Source: Neoechinorhynchus agilis (taxonomy: Eukaryota > Animalia > Acanthocephala). Taken from it: a DNA stretch of 64,000 nt. The stretch is taken from assembly GCA_051530055.1 (NCBI GenBank), contig CM121343.1, positions 7,504,044 to 7,568,043 on the forward strand, written 5' to 3'. The translations under genes and the position numbers were made by a program. Below, piece after piece: positions 24,413 to 36,849 of the stretch (positions within the stretch are counted from its first letter, which is position 1; the number at the start of each line of letters is the position of its first letter). The notes beneath the pieces were generated by a model, which saw only the letters and a list, made by a program, of their open reading frames with translations, searched no databases and was not told where the DNA came from.

Positions 24413-27400
24413 ATGGCGGATTTAAAAGAAAGTGAATCACCAATTATACTCATCGACGATTCGAATGATGATTTGAGTATTGAAGTTTCTGATGCACTTT
24501 ATAAACAGGGCAAACTTGAGTTCGTTGTTAAAAGTGTTATTAAGGTACGTCGATAATTACTTTGAGTCCATTTTTTACTGTACAATTTATAGGGCACTGA
24601 GTACGAAGTTCGAAGAACTCATGACGAATTTGAATGGCTTCATGATGCCTTGAAATCCAATCCTGCGTTTTTTGGATTAATTACTCCCTCAAAACCCCAA
24701 CGTCCTGATTTAAAATCGCTTCAGGTTCAAGCCAACGCTCTTAATGTTTACGAAGATATGGATGAAAATATTAAAGCTTCGGAACAAGTCACGATGGCAC
24801 AGGAATCAACTGCTGTGTTTAGACGGGCAGTCCTTAGTCATGATATTTTTATGAAAAAAATCGCAAAGAACCCGAAATTCGCTACGGACTCAGATCTCCG
24901 TGTATTTCTAACGTACACTTCTCCAGTAAGCAGCCTCCCATTAATAAGCAAAAATGTGCTGCATAATCCGCAAATCATCAATACTTTAAATGATCGAAGC
25001 TTTTTAAATTTCTAACCATTTAATTTGCTTGACCTAACTATTCATGCGCTTTTTAATTTTTAAAATGGGGTGTGCATTCTTATCGGCTTTCAAAAATTCA
25101 TTTCCAATGATGTATACTCATGGATCAGTAAAATATTTAGCACTAAGACTTCTTAATTGATCAAACAATTCCCAGTGATTGTACTTATTTTTTTATCGAT
25201 TTGCCACATTGGCAAAAATTCTCAAAATATCGTGATAAAGCACCTGCAACATTCTCTTTCAATTTTTTGAATTATACTTAACATACAACAATCGTCCAAT
25301 ATTTAATGGTAATGTTCCACGCAAAAGTCGCTTTTGTTTTACGAATTCCGACTTCGTTGCAATAATACGAGGTTCTCATCACCTTTCGTGGATAAGAATT
25401 ACTGCTTGCGGATGCTAAACCGCTAAAATCAGCATCAGTAAAACCAACAATCCGCCAAATTCGTTCATTTTGCATAACTTTTTTCGAAAAACCAAAGAAA
25501 AAAATTGTATTTGTACTTCACGCGTCTTGCCAAATGTGCATCATGATTTGTTCTTCAAAATGATTCTTGTCTAAAGCCATTTTCGGACAATCACATGGAT
25601 CTACATCGTTCCGAGTTAAATTTACCGCCCTTATTCTTAATTTTATTTATTACAGCCGTACATAAAGTCAATTGGTTCGGATCCTTCCATGTCCTTGTGT
25701 TTGCTTTATTTTTAATTGGAAAGAGTGAAGTGCCTGGGTTTGGAGTCGATTTCAAAGCTCCCCAGAGAACACACCTTTCATCCCTCGCTTAAAGAATTAA
25801 CAAAAAAGAGGATCGGGAATTTATTATTTTCCTTAAATCCTTTTCAGTCATGTTTTGTGCGATTTGTATAAATTCCTTCAATTTTTCACTATTTAATTAT
25901 TTTTCTTCGTTGGACTTCATGAAGATCATGTTTCCTGTTTGTTAAAAGAGAAACAAAACGATTTGTTATTAGTCATTAAAAATTTAGTAATAATGAATTT
26001 AGGTGAATAAAACCATACTTTGGATAAAAATGTTTTATTTATTTAACACTCAGACCAGACACGCGAAGTTTTAGTTATAGGACCAATCATTGATTCCATA
26101 AAATTTCACATAAAATGTGATTAAACTTATTGCGCACACCAGAGTGTTTTTACGCAAGTCTCATTAGCTTGCATCGACTATCTGTCATTGATTTACATTT
26201 TATAATTTCTTAAATAGAATTATCGCAATATCACGGCAGCTTACCTCCAGTGTAAGGAAATATACAATTTTCTAAAAAAATAATCCATGTTTGTTTTTAA
26301 AGAATCCTGTAATAAAATTTCTCGAGTAATTGTAATATCGGACTTTCTGAAATTGCAAGCACATTAGATTTTGAGCGTTGAAGAAAAGTTTAACGAAAGT
26401 ATATTTACAATTATAGAACAATATTTTAGTCAGAAAAAATATAGCAAGGCCTTTAATTTACATGTTCATTGGATCATAAGATAAAAATTTGATTTTCTTA
26501 ATATTTGGTAAAAATTTATAAAACATGTTCAGCCTCTGCTCCGGTGATGGTACTAAAAATAAGAGTCTTAGTTATGTCCCTTGACCTTCTTAACCACGTA
26601 TTTGACTCTTTTAATAAAACTTCGGATCTTTCCCAACTCTCATACTTAATGTGAGTTAGTAAGGGAATTTGCATCTCAAGCAGTTTACTATTTTGGACCA
26701 CTTTGGGTACATCTATGAAATTGGATAAAAGAGTAGAGATCCTGATATTTGTAGCCTTTTTCCGGTGCTTTTCGCAAAATAAGAAAAGTGATATGTCATC
26801 CGCATAAATAATTTGAATCCACTTTTTAATTTAAAACACTTAAATAAAAAATCCAAGCTTATAGCAAATAAAATCGGGGAGAGAGGCGACCCTTGAGGGA
26901 CACCGTATATAGGGTAAAAGAAATCTCCTAACCTTATAAATATCAAAGAACACTAAAAAATGTTTTATAATGGTGAGTGTAAATTTTTTGATCAACTGTT
27001 TTTTCCCAAAGTCGATTTTCGTGCTCGACCGATAAGTTTTCGGTCTTTTCGTCTTAGGTTACCAGCGAAAACTTCCACAGCTTTCTTTGCTTGGCGCTTG
27101 GATTAAATTTTAATGTTTTGTGTCACGAATTGTACGCTAGCTTCTCGTTTCTGAAAAGTGCTATCTTGAGTTTTGAATTAAATGTATTAAAGAATGCTTT
27201 TTAAATAAGTTCAAAATAAAAATCACGTGCCGCACTCGTCTCAAACCGTCGTTTTTCGTGTACAGCTTAGTATTCGTGGGCGGAACAAGCGTGAGCTACT
27301 TGAAGATTCGTTTAAAGCGATTGTCAAAACAGCCGATGAATTTCATTTGACGAGCGCCGGACAAAATAGTTCCAGTCAAGTGATAAACTCAACTGATGAG

Positions 27401-28123
27401 CCATATTATGAGCGAATGTTCGCATTTTTAACGGAGTATTATGCTCGATCGGCCGATGCGCACCGATTCGCCCAGTTGGTTGCAAAAGACGGCGCAAGTC
27501 GGTTTTTTGACATAGCATTCATTTAACGAACTTTTATCATCACTTAAGATTTATGCTCATCTTTAAAAAAACTAGAAAATTGTTTTGATTCGCTTGTCGC
27601 TGCCGAAAGTCAGTTTGGTCAATATTTCAACGCTACTGACAAAACCCCCGACATAACTGAGCGATTGTATGGAAAAGCATGTACCGCGATCAGCTCCATT
27701 TCTTTGACTGAGGCGCTCAGTCGCAATATAAATCAGGAGGATATAGAAGATTGGCTTTATAGTATCAAGCAGGAATGCCGGTCAGGCCTTGATGTACTTT
27801 ACAAGCGTATTCATTATATGTCTGAACTTGAAAAGGCAAATCGACTTTTGTACTCCATTGCACAGACACCAGCTAGCACAATTGCAACCGAAAAAGCCGA
27901 ACTCAAACGGATAAAGTCAAGATCGAAGTTTGAATGGATCAGTGACGACTGTAAAAATAATTTGGATGCATTTTCAAAGTCGTTTAGACTGAACGGCTTT
28001 TATGATCAAATGGAGGCATTCTGCAAACGACAAATTGATATGTGTGGACGCGAAATTTCTATGGAGAGCGCATCGATTGTGGGTCAAAGAACAAAGATTT
28101 CTCTATCTGTGCATTCTCCGTAA
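24413..28123 (+). CDS. SNX6: Sorting nexin 5/6-like PX-BAR protein; exons 24413-24544, 24593-24925, 27266-27497, 27549-28123
   Basis: LSIEVSDAL, VRRTHDEFEWLHD, PSKPQRPD, LSIRGRNKRELLEDSF and a BAR-like C-terminus. GT-AG junctions keep the frame. Confidence 0.85.
25278..25620 (-). mobile_element. Possible decayed Ty1/copia RT-RNaseH relic in the SNX intron
   Basis: LTRNDV...FGFSKK..IVGFTDADFSG resembles copia TRPDI...LxGYSDADWAG. Confidence 0.45.
26500..26950 (-). mobile_element. Decayed non-LTR (L1/Tx1-like) RT fragment in the SNX intron
   Basis: YGVPQGSPLSPILFAISLDFL, then after a frameshift YADDISLF, then WLRRSRDITKTLIFS. Confidence 0.75.
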
Positions 28124-28649
28124 GCTGAACGAAACTATAAATGAATTGGATGGAACACGTCTTAATGATTAAGCAGCATAATACAGAGATTCGGACATAA
28201 TATATTGTGGTTCTTATGTGCCTCTTATTTTACACAAAAAATTCAATTGTTTTCATACAATTGATAGCAATTGGCCGCACTTGAGAACGTTAAATTTTAT
28301 TCACTTGCCTCTGACTGGCTTATTCAGCGTGAGCAGGGAATTCTCATAATTAAACTTTTGTTACATGTCGATGTATAAGCCATCATTAGGACGTTTTTGT
28401 TGTTGAAAAGCTGCAAATTATAAAACGGATATTTTGGGAATATTAGCATGGTAGGTGGCGTGCTAAACTTCTAATGGCACGTTTCGAAATGAAATTTCGC
28501 CCATTATCGCATACCTTAAATCACTGCGAATTGTTTAGAATGTTTCGGTTTCTATATTTATGCCCTTTCAATTCAACAAATGTACGCCCAAAAAGTCTGA
28601 GGGCATTGTAAAAAATACAAAAAATCGTGCATAGAATCGAATAATAACT

Positions 28650-30787
28650 TAAATTTTTATAGGTCCTTATATCTCGACATCCACCGCCAACGACACCGAT
28701 GCCTCCACCACCTACCGCTCGGAACCTGGATGCTAGACCACAATATGAAGACGGAAACCTGCCCGCCCAAAACGAGCAAAGTAAAGATAACAACGTCAAT
28801 TTGATTGTTCCAACTTCATCAGCCTAGAGTACCACACGACCGAGCTTTTCAACAGGATTCTGTGGGGTTTGGGGTGGGATTTTCTCCTTGAAGAAAGCAG
28901 GAGTTCTTAGGGTCCATGGACCCCGTAATTCACGCTGCGGCGGTTCACCCCTAAGTTCATTGATGGTTTGCGCCAGAATCTTCTCACGACATCACCAGTA
29001 CAAGATGAAATTCCATTTGTAGGGAGTATTGTGCGAGTTCTCCCAAGGAACGTTCTGAAAAGAACCCCAAGGGGCGCGCGATATCAGGCCGCAAAGAGAT
29101 TCACCTTTTAATTGACAGACTGCATCGAGACTAGCTCAGAGTTGTGGATACGTCTCTTTGCGTTCACTAGGATAGTGTTTTTCGCTGGTGATGTTTCTGA
29201 GGGATCTCTTACAACAAAAATAAAAGAGCGAATAAGTTCTTTTGACGAAAATTTTACTCAATGTCTTTCGACAGCATGCGAGCTACGTGAGGAGTTTGTT
29301 CTGGAGCCTAACCACCGATGAAACTCAAATCGGTCGCTTGCTGAACGCATTTCTTCGAAGCTCGCAAACGGAGACGTCAGAGGAGCAGTTCGTCTTTTAT
29401 CATCAATGGACAGTCTCGCCAGAGATAACGAAGAAACTTTACGAACTCTTCGTACCAAACATCCGAGTGACGGCGGTCGGCAGTTTTTAGTTAAATCCTA
29501 GTCCTTCGATGCTTTATCGTCGAAATCACAATTGAAGATGGCAATCTCCTCTTTTGCTAACGGATCAGCTCATGGGCTTGACGGGCTCCAGCCTCAACAC
29601 CTACATGATATGACTTCCTTGTCCCTTGAAGATGTATTGGCATGTCTAGTTGATCAATTTGCAAGGTTAGAGTTCATTCAGAAAGCAATTGAGCTATTTT
29701 TCAGCGAATCATTGTGTGCCCTCGCAAAAAAGGAAGGCGGGATTCGTCCCATTGTAATTGGAAGAGCTCTGCGCCGCTTAACAGCAAAAATTTTGAACAA
29801 AAGGTTTGCGGAAAAAGTAGGGATGCTGCTTCGCCCGAGTTAGTTAGGCTGATGTACATCTTGTGGCGCAGATGCGATTGTTCATTTACTCCGCAAGTTC
29901 ATCATCGGAAACTCAGAGCCCTGCGTGATCTTGAAATGTGATTTCAAGAATGCATTGAACACAGTTCACCGAGCAGAATTGCTCGAAGTAGTTAGAGATC
30001 ACTCACCAGAAGCATTTCGTTATTTCGTTAATGCTTCATGGGATTTCAACTCCCTTGTTGTTCAATAACCACGTTTTGCGGTCAGAAAGAGGAGTTCAAC
30101 AAGAGGATCCTTTGGGCCAAATAGCCCTCTCACTCGCAGTCAATCCCGTCGCGCACTCTCTCCAGTCCAGTTTTAACGGCTGGTACCCGGACGATGCCAC
30201 GCTCGGAGGTTACCCATCTGTTGTACTGCACGATACGGAGACACTCCTGAAGGAGACGGCGAAAATTGGCATTGAATTGAATGTGGCGAAATGCGAGATT
30301 TTAGTGATGAACGTGAAAGATGAGGCTTCCAGGTAAACTGTCTTTAAAGATTTTCAGAACCTGGCCCCCGAGATAGAATTGATCACTCTAGACCGGTTGG
30401 TTCTTCTAGGAAGCTGCATTTTTGGTTTTAATGTTTTGCGAACCTTCACCCGCAACTTTCTTTGCTGTACGAACGAGTTGATGAATTATCTTCACACGAA
30501 GCTCCGTTCCTGATCAAGAAATCCCTCTTCATTACAAAATTGTTGTATAAGCTGCGCACGGCACCTTCCTTAGACAAGGATAAACTGGCAAAATTAGACG
30601 GGACGGTGAAAGCCTCTCTCGAGAAAATTTTAAATACTCAACTGCCGGACGAGACCTGGCGCCAAGCGTCCTTACTTGTGTCGTCCGGCGGTTTGGGTAT
30701 CCGAAAAGCAAATGATATTTCTCTGTCAGCTTATTTGGGATCGTATGAAGCTAGCCGCAAAATAGTTCAATCTGTTCTCCCACGTCC
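28650..30787 (+). mobile_element. CRE-clade non-LTR retrotransposon, copy A (decayed, 3'-truncated)
   Basis: Zn-finger-like CGVWGGIFSL..LRVHGP..RCGGS, then RVLPRNVLKRTPRGAR, GSAHGLDGLQPQHL, GGIRPIVIGRALRRL, GVQQEDPLG, WYPDDATLGG and GGLGIR. Many stops and frameshifts. Confidence 0.85.
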
Positions 30788-30908
30788 AAAATGAGCCAAG
30801 TGAAAAGACCGAGGAAACGCCCAACGCTGTCGGGAAATCAAATCGAAATTATGTTCATCAAATCACTGACGCAGACACCTTGAACGCGTCACTTATCGAT
30901 CACGCTCT

Positions 30909-31505
30909 ATGCAACGAGCAATCGATATTTTGACCGAAATGGGTCGATTCGGAATGGCAGCCAAACAGTATCAGACACCCGGAGATGTGTTCGGCGATGT
31001 AAGTGTCGTCAAACCGGAATATCCCCAAATGGCCATTGATTACTATGAAAAGGCGGCTGATATTTATGCAACCGAGAAGTCCCAAACATCCGCACAAAAA
31101 TGCCTGCTTCGAGTTGCCGAATTAATAGCATTCTTTACGAAGGATTATATGAAAGCAATCAATATATGGGAAGACGCCGGGTTCAAAGCTCTCTCCAGTA
31201 ATCTTCTCAAATACGGCGCCAAGCAGTACTTTTTCCGTGCTGCTCTTTGCCAACTCTGTATTGATAGCGTCAATGCCGCATCCGCAATCAAACGCTATGG
31301 GGAGAAATCAAGCGATTTCAGAGACTCAAGAGAATGCAAACTGATCTCAAGTCTTATTGAGGACGTCGATAATCAATCGCGAGAAAACTTCGGACAACAC
31401 GTTCACGAGTACGACAAAGTGAGCAGGTTAGACGATATTGCAGTCGAATTGTTGGCAAGAATAAAAGAAGGGATGGAAAGTGCCGAAATTGAAGACCTCG
31501 CATAA
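30909..31505 (+). pseudogene. NAPA: Alpha-SNAP (NAPA) C-terminal two thirds, N-terminus absent or frameshifted
   Basis: RAIDILTEMGRFGMAAK, YYEKAADIY..EKSQTSAQKCLLRVA, LLKYGAKQYFFRAALCQLCID, FRDSRECKL and EYDKVSRLD. Intronless and wedged between CRE copies. Confidence 0.75.
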
Positions 31506-31849
31506 TTTCTCTGTGAGCAAAATCAATATCTGTCTGCTTTTGCGATATTAAACTATTCATGACACCATAGGCCAAACGCATATTCGTACTTCTCTCTCGA
31601 GAACTGTGCAGCCATTTTCGCATAGGGGTCCTTTTTCGGCTGTGAGGCTCAATGAAACCTTCAGTCATCTTATGAGCTTCCTTTTGATTCCATCTAGTGC
31701 CAGCCTATTTCGATAGCTTCCATTATTAATCGATTTCATAAATTCGGTTGTACGCTTATCACACATTCGCTTAATCACTCGAATATTTAAAAACTTACAA
31801 GCAAAATTCAAGCACCAACGACCACATAATAGCCAACAATCAATGCAAC

Positions 31850-34494
31850 CGCCAGGAACCAACGCTGACGGGCTCCCACGCGTCTCTACTGGTTTGGGTC
31901 CGGTTTGCGGTAAGTCTTTTAAATTAACCAATCTGGGGTTTTTGTTTGTCCATGGTCCCTGGGATCTCCGCTGTAGCGGGTCTGGTTCTCCACCACAATT
32001 AACCGAACCTTTCGTGCCTGAGACCCCTCAGATCACCACTGATTCTATTTCGATACCTGATATCGTGCGGTTTCTGCCGAGGAACGTCCTGAAACGGATC
32101 CCAAAGGGCGCACGATATCAGGTCCCCAAAGCATTTACGGCATTGCTCAACGATTGCCTCCAAAAGAACTGTACGTCATCATGGGCACGGCTCTTTGCAT
32201 TCCCGCGCTTAGTCCTTTGCACCAGTGATGATTCTGGGGTGTCTTTGTCATCAACAATCAAGGAAAAGGTGGACTCCTTCGAACAGATATTTAACAATTT
32301 CGAAATGAAATTTCGCGAGGTTCGTAATGGACGCACGAAGGAAGGGTTTCGTTGCCGTTTTTCAAAGCGATCCCTGACTGAACGTGTCTCTTCGAAGCTT
32401 GCGGGCGGAGATGCTCGGGGGGCTGTTCGGTTATTGTGATCCTCCGACTGTTTTGCACAAGGAGACAACGCGACACTACAAATACTCCGGTCAAAACACC
32501 CATGCAGTAGTGACAGTTTTGAAATTCCACCTCTTAGTCGACCGTCTGATTGGAGAGGATTTGAATCCCGTTGCAAAAGACCTATTTTTCAAAGCATCAC
32601 TATGTGCCCTCACAAAAAAAAGAAGGTGGAATTCGTCCGATGCGCCGACTTGCAGGAAAAATTCTCGATAAAAGTATCACAGAGAAAGCCGGGCAGCAAC
32701 TTCGCCCAGTCCAACTGGGTTGCTGCACATCCTGCGGGGCGGAAGCTATTGTACACACGCTCCGAAACTTTACTACGAGGAGTTCAGTGCCGTGCGTAAT
32801 TCTTAAGTGTGATTTTCAGCATGCCTTTAACTCTCTCAATAGAGAAAGCATGTTCTGTGCAACTAGGGATTACGCACCAGAAGCCTTCCAGTATTTTCTC
32901 AATGCCTACGGGACCGCGACTCCTTTGCTTTTCGAAGACCACCTCATTTGGTCCGAACGAGGAGTGCAGCAAGGAGATACTATCGGTCCAATCGCATTCT
33001 CCCTAACAGTAAATCCAATAGTGCACTCTCTCCATTCAAGCTACAACGCTTGGTATTTGGATGACGCTACGCTCGGAGATGATCCCTCCTTTGTACTGCG
33101 CGATTTGGAGACGCTGATTAGGGAGACTGCGAGATTAGGCGTTGAGCTCAATGCTTGAAAATGTAGGCTCCTAGTATTAAATATCGAAGACACCGCCAAA
33201 GTCAAGGAGCTAATGGATGGGTTCGAGGCCGTAGCTCCAAGTCTGAAACTCGTGAATCCAGAGCAACTCAGCCTCCTGGGTACTCGTGTCGTTGATTCAA
33301 ATGTGGAAGCTGAGATCGGCCGCATCATACCGAAACTTTCGTTGCGGTGCGATAGGGTGAGCGCTCTCTCGGCTCACGAAGCGTTATTTCTGATAAAGGA
33401 CGTACTCTTTTATCCCGAAATTGTTATATAAGGTCCGCACAGCAACACTCTTCAAACCTAAGGATTGGCTAAGCTCTATCACAAGGTGAGGGCTTGTCTT
33501 GAGCGTATTTTAAATGTCCAGCTCTCAGATAAGGCGTGGCGACAAGCTTCTTTGCCTGTGTCATCTGGGGGATTGGGAATTCAGGCACTAGTGGACCTTG
33601 CTTTGCCGGCCTTTCTTGGATCGTATGAGGGGAGTCAACCGATAGCGAAGATAATTCTGAGGGAAATGTTTTGTCTTGACCAAGACTTTATAATGGCCGT
33701 TGAAGGATGGTGCCAGCAGACAGGCGCTAACCATGTTCCCGCGAATAGCCTCAGACAGTCGATCTGGGACAGACCTCTTTTCGCGAGAGCTCAAAGCTCT
33801 CTACTTTCAGGTTCTCGCGATGGGGTTGTCCGAGCTAGATTGTTAGCAGTTTCGACACGAGAATCAGGGGGCGTGGTTGGAGGCTGTTCCTCTGGCATCT
33901 GTGGTAACTCTTCTCACTGATGAGGTAACGATGATCGCAGTGTCCTTAAGGCTTGGTGTGGGTCTTTGGTTGATGCTTTCGAGCGGCACAGTCTCGTCTG
34001 CCGAAAGTCAGGAAGAAGGTTCTCATGTCATTCTGAGATCAATAGCGTAATTTCTGGACCGTTGAGAACGGCGAGTTTCCCCAATATCTTGGAACCCACC
34101 CATCTTTGTCGACTAGACGGTCGTCGACCTGACGAAGGGCAAATGCCTTCTCTGGGACGCCACGTCCCTCGCAGTAAGCAACATTCCCTATTCTCTCGAA
34201 ATCGCTGGAGGTGCAGCCAGTAAAGCGGAAGGGAGGAATGTTCGAAAATATATGGATTTAGCAAGGGTCCACTATTTTGTCCCCTTCGGAGTAGAGACGT
34301 ATGGAGCGCTTGGCAGCTCGGCACTCACTCTACTCCAGGATCTCTCGAAGAAATTGAGAGAAACGACCGGCGATGCACGTGCAGGTGTATTCCTGCGACA
34401 AAATATCTCGCTCGCAGTAGAACGAGGCAATGCTGCTAGCGTGATAGCTTCAGCCGGGGAAGGAGAGAAGCTCCAATTTTGCGGACGGTGGTGA
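31850..34494 (+). mobile_element. CRE-clade non-LTR retrotransposon, copy B (near full length, decayed)
   Basis: PVCGKSFKL..HGP..RCSGS, GGIRP, QLGCCTSCGAEAIVH, CDFQHAFN, GVQQGDTIGP, WYLDDATLG, GGLGI and a restriction-like endonuclease region KY.DLARVHYFVPFGVETYGALG..ISLAVERGNAASV. Confidence 0.9.
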
Positions 34495-34519
34495 TTGCAC
34501 GTTTTGTACTTTATTATGT

Positions 34520-35660
34520 TATGATTTAAATCGTAGCTAGGCGAGAATTACACTTTGGATGAAGATATCGTAGATTCGCTTAATCTTTGGTGTGGAGATT
34601 CAGACAGCGAGCAGGTCCCCGTCAATGGTTGCAAACAATCAGTTTGGGACTCACCCCTGGTAGCGAGAATTCATAACTCTTTAATTTCAGATTCTTGTGA
34701 CCTAGTGAACCGAAATCGATTGGCGACAGTCTCTACAAGGGAATCGGGTGCTTGGCTCAACGCTATCCCAATCGCTTCTGTGGGTACCCTTCTCTCGAAC
34801 GAGACAGTAAGGATTGCAGTGTCCGGTGACCTAGTGAACCGAAATCGATTGGCGACAGTCTCTACAAGGGAATCGGGTGCTTGGCTCAACGCTATCCCAA
34901 TCGCTTCTGTGGGTACCCTTCTCTCGAACGAGACAGTAAGGATTGCAGTGTCCCTGAGACTTTAGGTATCGATGTGCACATCCTATCGCTGCCGTTGTGG
35001 AGCGACTGTGGATCCGTAGGGACGCCATGGTCTCGTCTGTCGGCAATCAGGCGAAAGATACTCACGACACGCCGAAGTGAGCGAAATTATTAGTCGTGCT
35101 CTGAATACTGTGAATGCGCCCAACATATTAGAGCCGAGCAATCTTTGCCGACTCGATGACAGCCGTATACCGGATGGTGTCACAATATTCCCGTGGCGAG
35201 AAGGAAAATGCCTTTTCTGGGGTGCCATTCGCAGTAAGCAACATAAAATTCGCCACCGTTAAACCAGGAGGAGCAGCAACCGCCGCTGAGGACCACAAAA
35301 AGACCAAATACAGGGACCTGATGTTGAAAAGATAATTCATTGTTATTTGTTGATAGGAGAGACGCATTCACAGTTGAAAAACTTGCAAACAATCGCTGAA
35401 GAAGATCCGAGATAGTGGATCGAAATATCCAATAAAACAGGGACCTGAGTCAAAATCATTATTATGTTCCCTTTGGCGCCGAGCCACTCGGGTCGTTTGG
35501 TACCGAGGCACAGGATCTGGTCAAGCAATTATCCAAGAGACTCAGACGAATCACTGGCGATCCAAATCAGGAGCATTCCTCCTACAAAACATAGTTCTGA
35601 CTCCGCAACACGGGGGAACGCTGCCTCCCTTGCATTCGACCGTTATACCAGGACGGCAGC
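34520..35660 (+). mobile_element. CRE-clade element, copy C (3' part) with an internal 129-bp tandem duplication and a 115-bp insertion
   Basis: GAWLNAIP (duplicated), EPSNLCRLDDSRIPDGVTIFPWREGKCL and KYRDL|SQNHYYVPFGAEPLG. Confidence 0.85.
35322..35436 (+). mobile_element. 115-bp hammerhead-bearing insertion (probable 5'-truncated PLE 3' end) with 12-bp TSD ACAGGGACCTGA
   Basis: Direct repeats at 35310-35321 and 35437-35448. Removal restores the CRE frame KYRDLSQNHYYVPFG. Contains CTGAAGA-A-GATCC/GAGATAGT/GGATC-GAAA-TA-T-C at 35396-35429. Confidence 0.8.
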
Positions 35661-36235
35661 TCAGTGATCCAGAACGGCGGTGTGAATGATTTCATGTCTA
35701 AACAAAATACCACAGGAAAAAAAGACAAAACATGCAAACATGAATTCGATTTATTATTTGCTGCTCTAATTAAGGTTTGCGCAAAAATTACTTTTTTCAA
35801 AATGTTTATAGGTAAATCGAAGATCTCATGTATACTGCTTTTATATTGGATTGCTTATCAAAAATGTCGATAAAAAATAATCTTCTACATCACCTATCGG
35901 TAATTTTAATCTCGAGTTCAATTCACCCAAAATGTAACGTTTTATCTATCACGTATAGTTGTATCTAGATCAATTATTAATCAAGTTCCAATTTTTAACA
36001 TGTTTAATCGAATTCTCGGTGGGCCCTAGAATGTGAACTCAGGCTTATTGCTATTCGATCTAACAGTGAACCGCGTAAGGATTTTATGGTCCTGTAATAC
36101 ACTTTTGCATCTTTATTAAATTTGAGCGATTTTCAAAAAGGCAAAAAATACGGTTTTATGTCTTCACCCGGTTAATAATTTTTTGATAAAAACGTTTGGA
36201 ACTTCGTCGGGTTCATCATTAGTTCACTTGCATTT

Positions 36236-36277
36236 CAGAACTGATGATGAACTCAACGAGATTCGAAACGTTTTTAA
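36236..36277 (+). ncRNA. Candidate minimal hammerhead (family B), paired with an inverted degenerate copy at 36188-36224
   Basis: CTGATGA-T-GAACTC/AAC/GAGATTC-GAAA-CG-T-T. Confidence 0.5.
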
Positions 36278-36288
36278 TAAAAAATTAT

Positions 36289-36455
36289 TGTACGTTGGCG
36301 AATCCTGTCCCCGGTGTTGTCGTTACTCATTTATTTATTTGAGAAATATTTCGCAAGGTTTTCCGGGGGACTGAAGAGGCAAGGAAAACCTTGCGAAATA
36401 TTTCTCAAATAAATAAATGAGTAACAGCACCGGGGAAATGATTCGCCAACGTACA
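36289..36455. mobile_element. Foldback of two PLE-terminus arms with a complete hammerhead motif at 36367-36406 (+)
   Basis: Arms of about 75 bp (tgtacgttggcgaatc...caaggttttcc and its reverse complement) match the arms flanking the PLE at 53939-56022. Contains CTGAAGA-G-GCAAGG/AAAA/CCTTGC-GAAATATT-tctc. Confidence 0.8.
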
Positions 36456-36533
36456 TTAAAATTTAACCGAGGACAATGACATATGAAAATAAAAAATTAT
36501 TTATCGGGTGAATACCTAAACAATAATTCTAAC

Positions 36534-36651
36534 GATAGAAAATTTTATTTTCCATACACGGCCGAATGGACATACAGTCCGGCGCTTCTCAGACTGAAAT
36601 CGATGGACTGTGTGTCCATTCGGCCGTGTATGGAAAATAAAATTTTCTATC
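36534..36651. repeat. Near-perfect palindrome with about 47-bp arms (MITE-like)
   Basis: gatagaaaattttattttccatacacggccgaatggacatacagtcc and its reverse complement. Confidence 0.8.
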
Positions 36652-36849
36652 AAAAGACTACCGGCTGAGCCACTCATAAGAATGCTAAAATAATTCTAAT
36701 GTTTGTATCTGGCGGTTAAAGGCACAAGATTGTGCCGAAATATCGACACGGTTTAAGTTTTGTATGTGACCGAAATTGGGAATGTTGAAATTACTTTTTA
36801 ATTTATTCTTTGATAATACTTTAGAATGCTAATGCTTGAGTGTTAATTA

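Noticed and set aside
31354-31931. Minus-strand ORFs between alpha-SNAP and CRE copy B
   Set aside because: Partly antisense to known coding sequence; no recognisable domain.
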